This document shows, piece after piece, positions 49,200 through 61,517 of a DNA stretch of 64,000 bases. The notes under the pieces are model-generated. The model made no database searches. It saw nothing but the letters and a program-made list of their open reading frames with translations, and had not been told where the DNA came from. The translations under genes were made by a program, and so were the position numbers. The stretch is taken from the NCBI GenBank assembly GCA_030704615.1, contig CM060733.1, forward strand, positions 14,260,001-14,324,000, read 5' to 3'. The number at the start of each line of letters is the position of its first letter. Within the stretch, counting starts at the first letter, position 1. The stretch is from Takakia lepidozioides. Lineage: Eukaryota > Plantae > Bryophyta.

Positions 49200-50890
49200 A
49201 GCAAACAGGGCTACTACCCAATGACGATACCTCTACCTACATATTTCCGCATTTACTAGAGCCGCCTTTTCATGCAAGTAAAGCCTTGACTTCTCCTTGA
49301 TCTCCCTGTCTGCCATTTCCAATTTTGCAACCAAGTCCCGTGACTTTCTTATAAGCTCAGGTTAGCCAAAACTAATCCTGCATTTAGTACTTTTTCAGCT
49401 TCAAGAGCTGCATCATGATCTACTTTGAGCGCAAGTATCTGCCGTTGGTAGGCAACCTCCATCTCCCTCTGTTTAAATGCTGCCTTAATGAGGTTCTCCT
49501 CATGTTGCAAGGCGGCTTGAGAGTCTTGCAAAGCTTATTGTAGCTTTACACTGCTGTCCATGTCAAGCTTATTTTGCTCTATGGATAAGAGCCTATGCTC
49601 ATACTCCTGCTTGAGCTGCTCTCTCAAGGCTCCTAATTCATCCAAATGCACATAGTCTTTTAAGAAACTTGTGAGTTGATGGATAATCGTATTGCGAATG
49701 TCAGCTATTATAGCTTCATTGGTGGTTTTTTGCTCTTTTGGGGGCTGGAATATTTTGGTTTTCCAAGAACCAACCTGGCCTTAGAGCCTTGCACTTTCTG
49801 CTCCGAAAGGCCCTGGTTTACTGGCCTTTGACTTATTTTCAGCAACTCTCTCTCCTTGGGGCAAAAGTAGTGGAATGATGGCCTCTCTTGCCCTCACCAT
49901 CCAAGGGCTCTCTTCATTCTACTGCCCCTGTCCAATCTCCTCCCTAACCTGCTCTATAGAAGGGATGTTAACTGCCATCTCCGGAGAGAGAGAGACAGCC
50001 GAGAGCGCAAGAACTTGTGGGGTTACATATTGTGTAACCTGGACAACTTGTTGTGATGGGTCTGGCTGTGAGATTACTTCTTGCTCCTGCCCCACTAGTT
50101 CTGCTTGTTGGCTTTCATGGTGTTCAAGCCTCATAATCTTTTGTCGTTTGGCTTCCCACTGTCCTTCCCGACAAACTCCACTATTATGCAACCCTTGTTG
50201 CTAAAAAACAGTGGCCTCCATTTCAATCAGTCCCATAGTCTTGCGTTCTTCCTTAGTGAGGGGGCAAGACTCAAGAATCAGTTGTGCAATGATGGGGCCT
50301 GACACTATGGCAGTTCACCCCGACTTTCCCTGAATACGTTTCATCTCTTCCACCAGTCCTTGGTGCATCATGTTAACCCATGACACCTTCTCTCCTCTCA
50401 AGGCCTTGACAATATCTTCATTAAAAGATTTACTAAGGTACATATGATTTTGTTTCATATAAAACAATACATTAAGGGCTGGTCCAACCGCCTTTAACCC
50501 TGAAACAAGTGCGTTGAAGCACTTGTATCCTTGTGTTTGAGAATAGTCCTCCTCACTAAGGAGATCCTTGACATGCCAATTCTCCTTCGTTGTTCCATCT
50601 GGTTTTGTCTCATAGACCGGAAAGTTGAAGACGCTTTGCAGATACTGTGTTGCAACATGAATTGAGATCCCCTTCACCTGTGTAGAACCTGTCTCTGCAT
50701 CAAAGTTGCTGATGAATTCAGTCATCAGCTCCTTGTGATGTAGAGACCAATCTTTCTTGAGAATACATTGTAGTTGTAGCTCCTCCAAGAATGCGATTGC
50801 ATCAGGTGTTGGCAATGACTTCTTCTGCAGTACAAAATTGCTCTTGACTCTCAGAGAAGAATAGGCTTCCATCTCCCTAACTTTTTTCAT
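49200..50890 (-). mobile_element. Decayed transposon-derived accessory ORF (plant transposon protein-like domain plus coiled coil)
   Basis: LMTEFISNFD...VKG..I......L..VF.FP...ALRGEKVSW..M....L..E pattern seen in retroelement accessory ORFs, followed by fragmented coiled-coil ORFs. Confidence 0.5.
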
Positions 50891-52944
50891 CTCAACTAGG
50901 CAAGGTGGCCTGCTCTAAACAATTGCAGAATGCTTTGGAGAGCATAAAGCATAAAGGTGTGATTCGCACACAAAGATGTTCGTAACCCTAGGGCGCTTGC
51001 AAGCAATGTGTGTGTGAGAGAGAAAGTTCATTCATTGAGCCATATGGAATACCAAATGCTCGACAATTTTATTATCATCTACAACCCTCGACAAATCATC
51101 TACAACCATCGACAAATCATCTAGGACCCTCGACAAATCAACCACTAGTGGTTGTAGATGATTTGTCCAGGGTTGATTTTGTGGGCAAATGGTATGCGTT
51201 GGAATACCAAATGCCCATGTCTTCATCCCACTTGTTCAACAAATATTCTCTAATAGATTCTTAGATCCTTCAAATTTATGTTTAGATGCTTTCATCTTTG
51301 ATTTGTCGAGCATTTGGTACACGAAGGAATACCGTATGATCACGTCCCTCGACAAATCAACTTAGTTGTTCACACCACTTGTTGACAACATGGGCGTCAA
51401 CATCGTAGGTGGAGCCACTAAGGCAGGCGGCGCCAACAAGGGAGGCGGCGCCAGGTTGTTGGCACAACTTAGTTCAGATTGGCACAACCTAATTTCTGAT
51501 AAATACATATATATATGTATACATATACATAGAGGGTTTAGGGTCATTTGCATTATAATCTATAGTATTCTAGTTTATTCGTATTACTTAGAATTTTTAT
51601 ATTATGAGATATGCAATAAAATATTATGAATAAAAATCACAAAGGGGTAGAGATTGAATTAAAATATATCCTATAACAGCGGTATAAATGCATATGAAAT
51701 ATCACAATTCAATGTTCACTCTTACATGTGTTTTCTATTATTATATTGGTCATTTATATGTACAGAGTCTCATAAGTAGAATATTTTCATTGTCCTGCAA
51801 TAAGTTATTTTTAATTAAAAATACAAGGATGTGTGAGACCGGATTATAAAAAAATAACAAATTTATTTTAAAATGCAGATAAGATTTCATAATTTAATAT
51901 TCACTCGTACACGCACTTGCTATTATTATATAGATCATTTATGTGTATCCCATGAATTCAAGAAGATTATGAGTAACCTATGCATAGGATAGATGCATAG
52001 GAATTGTGATAAAGAACAATTGGATCTAATAACATGTGTGCACGTATACTCTATAGTTTTCTAGTTTGTTCGTAATACTTGGAATTTTTGTATTGACAGA
52101 TATGCAATGAAATATTTTTAACTAAACAAAATTACAAATATGTGACAGATCCAATTAAAATCTATTCTATAACATCCTTCTTAAAAATATCACAATACCC
52201 AGTTCATTCTTATTTTAAAATTTAAAATTTATTTTAAAATACAGATAAGATTTCATAATTTAATATTCACTCGTACATGCACTAGCTATTATTATATAGA
52301 TCATTTATGTGTATCCCATGAATTCAAGAAGATTATGAGTAACCTTTGCATAGGTTGGATGCATAGGAATTGCGATGAAGAACATTTGGATCTAATAACA
52401 TGTGTGGACGTATATTCTATAGTTTTCTAGTTTGTTCGTAATACTTGGAATTTTTGTATTGACAGATATGCAGTGAAATATTTTGTATTAAAAATAATTA
52501 AAAATATGTGACAGATCGAATTAAAATCTATCCTATAACAGCCTTTTTAAATGCATATAAAAATCACAATTCCCTGTTCATTCTTACATGTACCTTTTAT
52601 TCTTATATTGATCATTTATGTGTACAAAAATTTTCATTGTCGTGCAATAAGTTGTTTTAAATAAAAAATCACATGGATTTGGGAAATCAAATTGAAAAAA
52701 TGAATAACAAATATAATTTTAATGTGCAGATTGGATTTTATAATTCAATATTCAATCTAACATGCACCTCCTATTATTACATAGATCATTTATGTGTATC
52801 GCATGAACTAAGTGACCTATACAACTGAGTGTTCTGAGTGTTCTGAGTGACCTATACATAGGCTGCACGATTTAGAGATGATGTATAGATATATAGTCAA
52901 TGCATTTCTGTACCTAAATACTTATAAATGTTTGAAATATTGTA

Positions 52945-53630
52945 ACGGGGAGGTCCTGGACTATGAGGATGTCCGGGCATAGTTTAGCAGGGCATGTGCA
53001 GGACCCGCAAGGTTGATAGATACATGGAAGGAGCCAAATACGTACTGTATGGTTTGGAGACCGACCCTGGTAGGTGCCAGCGTTGATGAGTGTAAACCAT
53101 CTGGTTGCACTATATTGTAAGAGAAGTTTGTGGATGTGTCATACGGCGTGATTATGACGAGCGATTCGCAACCCGTGGATGACAGGGTGTGGACATTCGC
53201 TGAGAATACGAGGCCAGGTATCATGTTTAGCATGAAGGCGTGAGCAGAGTGGGCAGTGTGGGGATGGGAATAGGGTTGGCCAGAATGTGTGTTTGCATTG
53301 ATGGCCCATATATTGGGCGTATCTAAATTTGAGTGTTTGCCTTATTTGTGCATCTGAGGCGGCTTTGGAGTTCCAGAAGTGGTTTGATAATTTATGGTGC
53401 AGGACATTGGAAGGGGTCCATTTTTGGATATGAAGCTTGGTATGGCTGAGAGAGGTTGAGGCTTGTTTTTTGGCTTCTTTAGTGAGGGTTTTAAGGAGGT
53501 TGCGGATTGGACGAGGTGATGGAGGGTCAGGTACCGGGTAGATCATCCCAAAATGGTGTGCATGACCGACGTGAATGGGGTCGACCGGTGGTTCAACTGA
53601 GGCCCCCAGCTGGGCTAAGAGGGGCACTCG
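52945..53630 (-). mobile_element. Fragment of an RLE-type non-LTR retrotransposon (Dualen/RandI-like)
   Basis: SNHFW..I...LKFRY.QYMG, CPLC...DTWPRILSEC.H, RHNHAV, WLLP and PDILIV indicate a zinc knuckle plus PD-(D/E)xK endonuclease. Contains an internal stop. Confidence 0.7.
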
Positions 53631-54329
53631 TGTATCAACATGTCATCTGTCTCTCTTACCTTTGGGCTTGGGCTCTACCCCTATAATGCCTCCATGGCGA
53701 AGAAAGGGGTTTTTTTTTCCCACCTCAAGGGCCAATTGCTTGGGCTGGTGTTTGTTTTGAAACTAAAAAGAAAAACAATAAGAAAAATAAATGATTGACC
53801 TACAAAATCATATTGAAGTTGGCACATATGTCAAAGTACTAAGTGATAAAAATGTGCCAATATGGCTATGTACCTACATCAAATATGATACCACTGTAAG
53901 AGTATCAACATATAAGAGTTTGATATGTTAAACAACTATCAAACAACTTCGACATGATACCTTTATAAGAGTATCGACAAAATATTATTTTCAATAATTC
54001 TCAAGATGGATGGTTGTTATCATTTCATCCAAACCCTTCAAAACTTCACAGATTTGTGTTCCTAATAATAAATATATATCATGTTCCACATTGAACGACA
54101 AAGATTTTTGGGATTTAAAGATTTTTTGGATTGGGCAGCTGTCTTTTTGGGTGGAGGTTAGGTAACAAGATCATGTCCAGTTGAAACCATTTTGCATCTG
54201 TCTCAGCTTTTGAATCGACTTTTTGGTTAGGGGCCAATGGTTTTTTTAGCTTTGGGCCCATGTCACCCATCTAACTTAGGGTAATGTTTTTCTTAGATTA
54301 TATTTAAAGGAAACCTGGGAGTGACTGCT

Positions 54330-54510
54330 TACATTTCAGACCCTTGAGAAGGGGAAAAATTAACCCCCTTTAAGATAAGGCATTGGGCACACAAGGGGGA
54401 AATGTCATCCCTAGACCAACCGGTCAAGACCCGCAGGACCAAAGCGGTGTGATTTGAACCCTGCAAAGGTGATACACAGTGCACTTATCCAACCGAGCTA
54501 TCAACCCTAG
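54330..54510 (-). mobile_element. tRNA-derived SINE-like sequence
   Basis: Pol III A-box TAGCTCGGTTGG (54500-54489) and B-box GGGTTCAAATC (54461-54451), with no complete cloverleaf. The 3' boundary is uncertain. Confidence 0.55.
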
Positions 54511-55185
54511 GTGGGTAACTTATGTGGCTTGTTTTTCTTTTCAAATAAAATACAATGTATGGGAACCAAAATATATTGCTGAGGGAAAAATAACCTCACA
54601 TGACAAGCCATAGAGGCTGAGAAAGGGGACACTACCTTGGAAAAAATCTAAAAAAAGAGAGAGAAATTGTGCTCGTTTTGAAACAACAACTAGAGTGCGC
54701 CTTATGGCTCATCCGGGGTTTTAATTTTTTTCCCCACAATAACTTATAATAAAGTTCTCAAGGGCCACCAACCCTTTCTGCGAAAAAAAAAAAAGAAAAA
54801 AAAGAAAAAAAAACTAGATTTGGATTATGAATGTTGTTTACATGATTTCTCTTTTATCTTTGTTTTTGATCGGTTTAGATTTCAAATTGTTTGGATTTTC
54901 ATTTGTAATGTTTTCATGAAAAAAATATTGTTGTTTTTTTTAATGCATATTTGTTCCGGCGTTCATAATTTATTTTGTCTTTATTTAAAGCATATCTTGC
55001 AATTTAAAGTGTTGCACATGCCCAGATTTCGAGGTTTACTGTGGACATTAACATTTTGATATAATTCAGGATAACGACCATATATCCGAAGATACATTCT
55101 TGAAAAAAACATTGTGCAGAGATTACTTCCAGCTGATTAAACTCATACAACATAGTCTTGCAGGGCCTGAAACTGGTATATTCAC

Positions 55186-55745
55186 CATATATGTGGTGGT
55201 ACATGTCCCAGTAGAGCATTGCCAAGCCAAGTATTTGCCACTCATAGATATGAATTATGTCTGCTTGGGTTCTTGTGATCTCTGTGTATAAGAAGAACGA
55301 TAAAAGTGGGGTGAGATAGATGGGTTAGTGGTCTCAAATGAACAAAGTTCTTAAGGTTGAATGTTTGGGCCTCTGGACTGCAACAATATCAAACTAGCCA
55401 CACTTTTGTCTGAACAATCTTTACACTATCTAGTATCTAGCTTTGTAGAAAGCATGAATTCCATTTCTGACCTAATTGTAATATGATCGATTTCACAAGG
55501 GGCTGATGGAGCAAACATGTCAAGTTATCAAATTGTGAAGGGCAACAGCTCAGACCTGCATCCATTCAAGGCTGGCACGGCTGAAAAACAAATATGCTTC
55601 CAGGTCATCATAAGACCCTCCATAGATTTGTGACCCCTTCAAAAATTGGTTGTTTGGCTCCAAATAGAATGGGTACTCCCAAGACCTTACCACGATAAAT
55701 GTGAATGGGCACCCAATTTTCCCCTATGATATGATGAATATGAAA
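55186..55745 (-). pseudogene. Captured two-exon fragment of a starch/glycogen synthase (GT5, SS4-related group)
   Basis: YSSYH..NWVPIHIYRGKVLGVPIL..EPNNQFLKGSQIYGGSYDDLEAYLFFSRASLEWMQ | intron 55555-55280 | ITRTQADIIHIYEWQILGLAMLYWDMYHH (cf. PDIIHxHxWQ). Frameshifted. Confidence 0.85.
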
Positions 55746-56224
55746 CGTTGTGCCAACAACCTGGCGCCGCCTCCCTTAGTGGCGCCACCAACCTTGTTGG
55801 TGCCCCGTGCCTAAGATATTACGGTTTATTGGTAAGGTGTTGTGCTGGTTGAAGGGTTGATCTGGAGCTTCATGATAGGTGAAGAACCTATCTTAAATTC
55901 GAGGAAAAAACAAGAGCTGTTAGTCCAAGAATCTGGAAGATGGCTAGGTTTGAAGAACCTGTCCCTATATTTCTACTTCACATCTCGGAGCATACTGGTA
56001 TAGCCCTCACCAGCAGTAGTGTGGTCAAATAGCAGTTTCAAAACTCACTGCTTTTCTGTTGATGAAACATGCATTTTGCTCTAAAGCCTGTGTGTACAGA
56101 AAGAGACCAAAAATGCACGATTCATCAAAGTGATAGTAGTGCTCGCGGCCTGATATACTTATAAATGACCTACATAATATTGGGGGGTACATGTACATTG
56201 TAAAAACCCTAACTGACAACGTTT

Positions 56225-56420
56225 TTCATCCAGCGCATGTGCATCATACAACGCACCGACATCATGATGATCACCTGAGATCATCCATGGACCATCCATC
56301 CATCCATCATCCATCAACCGACATCATGAATCATCGACCGACATCATCAATCATCCATCGACATCATCCACCGCACAAACATCATCTTGCGCACATTTAA
56401 CATCCAAAGCACCTTTATCA
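56225..56420. repeat. Low-complexity CATC/ACATCAT repeat
   Basis: Direct reading of the sequence. Confidence 0.7.
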
Positions 56421-58285
56421 TCGTGTGCCATGTACAATTTTTTTTATTATGAGTAACCATCCTATGCATAGGTTACTCATAATCTTCTTGAATATATGGG
56501 ATACACATAAATGATCTATATAATAATAGCAAGTGTGTGTACGAGTGGATATTAAATTATGAAATCTTATCTGCATTTTAAAATAAATTTGTTATTTTCT
56601 TATAATCCGGTCTCACACATCCTTGTATTTTTAATTAAAAATAACTTATTGCAGGACAATGAAAATATTCTACTTATGAGACTCTGTACATATAAATGAC
56701 CAATATAATAATATAAAACACATGTAAAAGTGAACATTGAATTGTGATATTTCATATGCATTTAATAAGGCTGTTATAGGATATATTTTAATTCAATCTC
56801 TATCCCTTTGTGATTTTTTAATTCACAATATTTTATTGCATATCTCATAATATAAAAATTCTAAGTAATACGAATAAACTAGAATACTATAGATTATAAT
56901 GCAAATGACCCTAAACCCTCTATGTATATGTATACGTGTATATATATATATATATATATATTTATCAGAAATTAAGTTGTGCCAATCTGAACTAAGTTGT
57001 GCCAACAACCTGGCGCCGCCTCCCTTGGTGGCGCCACTAACCTTGTTGGTGTTGTCAACAAGTGGTGTGAACAACTAAGTTGATTTGTTGAGGGACATGG
57101 TCATACGGTATTTCTTGGTGTACCAAATGCTCGACAAATCAAAGATGAAAGCATCTAAACATAAATTTGAAGGATCTAACAATCTATTAGAGAATATTTG
57201 CTAAACAAGTGGGATGAAGACATGGGCATTTGGTATTCCACCGCATACCATTTGCCCACAAAATCAACCCTGGACAAATCATCTACAACCACTAGTGGTT
57301 GATTTGTCGAGGGTCCTAGATGATTTGTCGATGGTTGTAGATGATAGTAAAATTGTCGAGCATTTGGTATTCCATAGAGCCACGTCTTGGCTTCGAGACT
57401 TCTCTTCGTTCCTTTGTGTCACCTTGTCATGGTCCCTTCAAATTTCTCTTGAGTTATTTCTTTACAGGTTTTCTTATTTCTTGATACTTCTGTGCCATGA
57501 TTCCTTGATCATGACGCCATGATTCCCTTCATGTTGCCTCATGGTCATGGAACCATGAGGTCTTGGATGTCATCCATGTCTGTTCATCCTCTGATTCTTC
57601 CAGGGATCATGCTATCATGATCCGGATATACTCCCTCATTCCCGATTTCCAACCTCTAGGTGTAACAAATTGTACCTCCTGTAAGGTATCTCCACTCAGC
57701 TTTGTGAATGTGTCTGCAGTTGGTCTCAAAATAACCAGCGAACTTCGGAGTTTATGTAGTGTGATGATCATCTCTTGGACAAGATAGACAGGCCATTTGG
57801 CGTATGCGTTCATTGATGTGTGAAAACTCAGTAGACTGTCAACAGCTTGAAGCCCAAAGGATAAACTAAAATCTTCACAGAAAAGTGGGATCACAGACTA
57901 AAAGTGGTCAGTGCTTGCTTTCACCACAATAGAAGTTGGGCTACTCAGTTGAGAACTTATACTTGAAGACCAGTCATGCCATTTACTATTGATACAATGT
58001 ACTTGGGTAAAAGAATAGACCAGTATAACTGTGTGACACAGCTACACCAACCAATCTCTGTACAAGCACATAATTTACAACTCCTGGAACGAAACAGACA
58101 CACGGACTAACCATAGCCGCCTCCACCAAGAGAAGCCTCCTAACTTCAAGTAGGTTAGGCTATATGTTGGCAACAACACAATGGAACATCAATGCTATGC
58201 GTAGTGTGCATGCTGAAAGAATTTTGCTACTGCACAACCAGCTGGGAGACCAAATATCTCTTCCAGTTGCTGGGAATTCCTGCTT

Positions 58286-60828
58286 TTAAATGGTGCCACT
58301 GTCGTTCAGATATCGTCGCTTTGGATACACACTAACAACGCCTGGTTTTGTATCATTATATTTGTACCTGCATACACCATGATATACAAAGGGCTATCTT
58401 CAGTGTCTGGCCATTGGAACATCCTTAAATAGACCCCCAAAAGACAATTGAACTAAGACCATAAAACAGAAGTTGCACTTGCATCATGTTTAAGAATCCT
58501 GAAACTTGAGTTGCAGAAGTGAATCTTAGAAAGTGTCCCTTCAAAGGCAATAATATATATAAATGCTATATATGCATCGAAGGCACTTGTTCCAGAAAGC
58601 AAGGAATACCCTTCAAATTACACAAGAGGTTAGTAGTGGGACAGATTGGGATGCTGAGCATCAAAAAGTTCAACTTCAAGTAGGCTCCATACCCATGATT
58701 GATAAGAAAGTTCTTAATGGCTGACGGGAGGGCTGGACCATTTTTACTATGCCTTCCAACTCCTGCAATCATGGCAAATCCAGGCTACTCAGTCATTGCT
58801 GAAAACACCAAAAATGCAACTGGCGAAAAGCTTCTTTTCCAAAACAAGCTAGTTGTCAAAACCCCCGAGCGATTTTTCCATAGAACTCAAGGGAAGGACA
58901 CAGTATGACAGGACATTGCACCAGCCACAGATAATCATTAGCCAACTAAAAGTTCAGTTCACTGCCAAAGCTGTAACACAAGGCAGTTCAGAGAGCACAA
59001 TCATGCCATCGAACCAAAAATGTAGACAAGGAAAGTTCACTAGCTCAAAAAACAGCGAAAATCATGTACACTTCACTTGCTTCACCTACAGTGCAGGTCT
59101 AGACAGAAACAAATGTGGAGCCTGTCCAACATCCCAAAACCCCCACTGCAGAACAGGGATGAAACTGCACCAGTAATGACCCTGACATCCCTCTGCACTG
59201 GAACCCTTGCAGCCTGTCGTAATGCCTGATTCTCCAACTGCCCATCTCGTGGGTTTGCACCAAACCCTTCCCCAATCTCTACTAGGGAGGGAAAAAATCC
59301 AGCCGATGGGTTCTCTACTAGCTCATCCTCCAGCAGTGCCAGGCGCTGCTGCAGAACTGCTACAGCCTCCAAAACATGCAGCCCATGCAAGTCCAGAGTC
59401 CACAGGTCTGTCTGCCCACCTGATTTCCAAGTCGACTCAGAAAATTATAGTTATACCAGGAGTTGGATAAGTTAGCTCCATTCCGCTCTAAGAAACTCTG
59501 CCTACTTTAAATGGAGTCCACTGCCAAAGGGTGGATTCCATGGAAGCCTTGTGAGGTCAACTTCTCCTGCTCCTACTGTTACTAATCCTCAAAAACCTAT
59601 GTAGCCCAAAAGTCCTCCACGTGCTGTTCAATCTCATTTCAACACCAATATCTTGAACACCAATACACACCTGAATTTTTGGCACAAAGAATCTTGGCAG
59701 CTGCTTCAGCCTGCAGTTTCTCAGCAAGTTTCCAATTCTCTTGCGCTTCTCTTGAAAGTTTCTTTGCCAGGCTATGGTCTCCAACCGTGAAGGCATGGAC
59801 CGCACTTCGTGCATGTCTGTTCCTCGCCCTGCTCCATCAGGCACCTTCTCACTCTTATCAAATATGTCCTCAAGCAGTACTTTCTCTTATGCTGTCCAAA
59901 AAATTCAAGGCTGTGCAATCATTGCTTTAATTGTAGTGAAGTGTGACAAGCTTTCCAGCTGACTTTACTCCTCCCGCTACCTCCCCTCTCCTTTCCACTG
60001 CTTCCAGGTCCCAGTGCACCCTCTATGGCCAAAACCTGGATATTGCCTGATCAACTCTGTAGTCGCCCATGATAGACAACGAGTGCGTGGAAAGCAGGAT
60101 TAGGAGGAGCACGAAAGCCCACTTATGCAGCTCTCATTAAGAAATACTGGTGGTGAAGACAGTGACTTCGAGCAACTAAACCAAAACGAGGTAGAAGAAC
60201 AGTACCGAACCATGCGCAGAGCTTCCCTGCGAAGCCTCACATACAAGTCGTCCTCTTCCCACTCAGGCTCCACAGGCACCCCAACACCACTGCTTGACGC
60301 CTCTTGCACACTGCCATCTTCAATATCTACGATTCTACCATCTTCCATTTGAAAGCTCGGACTCTGCTCAGAATCAGTGGCCTCCCTCGCCAAAAGTATG
60401 GGAGGAGTTGATAATAAGTCGTCAGAAACTTCTCCTGCACCCGAATTCCCAGCAAAGTCCTGAGGTGACATAGCATCGAGTTGCACAGATGCAACACCCT
60501 GGTCCCCATCCACAGCTCGCAAAACATCTTCAATCAGAAGCTCATCAGCCCAGCTGTAGCGCTCCCTCAGCCTCGAAGCGATTGACTGCTTCGAATCTTG
60601 CGGATGCAATCTCCGAACAGGAGAAACAAACGGGCCTGCCAGACCTTGCAGCTGCGATGGCCGCCCATCAGCCACTGCATCCAAACCAGACACCGCCCGC
60701 TCACTCCCCAGCGAAGGAAAGGAATCGCGCGGGGGAGTTGGGTGGCGATGAAGGCGAGTGAGAGACGACCATCCCTTGGGACGCCCTTCACCATGCCCTC
60801 TGTTCTCCATAGCTCGCACCTCCCACAT
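58286..60828 (-). CDS. Smr (small MutS-related) plus DUF1771 domain protein, 5 exons
   Basis: Exons 60828-60206, 59828-59671, 59419-59171, 58762-58693, 58367-58286 are phase-consistent. Motifs EPEWEEDDLY..R.EAL, LDLHGLHVLEAV, VITGVGRHS and KPGVV.V.PK. Confidence 0.92.
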
Positions 60829-61517
60829 AATCTCTCGCTTGCTCGCTTGCAGAGACGGTCAAGACCAAGCTAGGTGCTGCGCGTGGCGTGCTCCTCTCCA
60901 CCACTGTCCTATTACGGCATGCTCAATTTAGAAACTCAACTTTTTCTAGACCATTCTTAGAGAGCCTTTGGATGCAAGAAGCTTGGGAACTGATGCAATA
61001 TATGATACAGCATTCAACAGGCAACGACTATCAGATCAATCTCGCGGAAACCATGTATGTTTTCAAGTCATGCTTCATCCAGACAGCTGTTTCCAGCTAC
61101 TGCTTTTTAGAAGGGAAACACCTGGGAGCAACTGCTCACAATTCAGGCCCCTTGATTACAGTGAGAGGAGGAAATAAAATAACCTCTTTCAAAGTAACCT
61201 TGCCCATGAGTGCCCAGCACAAGGCTCATGGACACCAGGGAGAGAAGATAATACCACACACAACTAGGTAGCAGGTTTTGAACTCAGAATCACCTGGGTG
61301 GCACCTCAGTGCACTGCTACTGAATGGTGGTACCAGTGCTCTTGTGGTTCAGATCTATGTCGGGCACATGGTTCGCGAAATAGAGGCCTGATTTTCTTCT
61401 TATGGCATGCTGGAAGTCATCAGAATATCGAATTGTGTGTGAGGACATAACCACACCTTATGGTGGTGGAGATCCGTGTGCCAGAAATAACTGGAAGTGG
61501 CTTGCAATAAGAAGATA

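Larger units (their letters stand above)
51043..57376. mobile_element. 6.3-kb foldback/Pack-type element, about 0.93-kb TIRs, 6-bp TSD GAGCCA
   Basis: 51043-~51990 is the reverse complement of ~56459-57376. Termini TATGGAATACC...GGTATTCCATA. GAGCCA lies at 51037-51042 and 57377-57382. AT-rich internal tandem repeats run to about 52870. Confidence 0.9.

Noticed and set aside
54440-54510. tRNA gene
   Set aside because: A and B boxes are present but there is no acceptor or anticodon stem, so it was treated as SINE-like.
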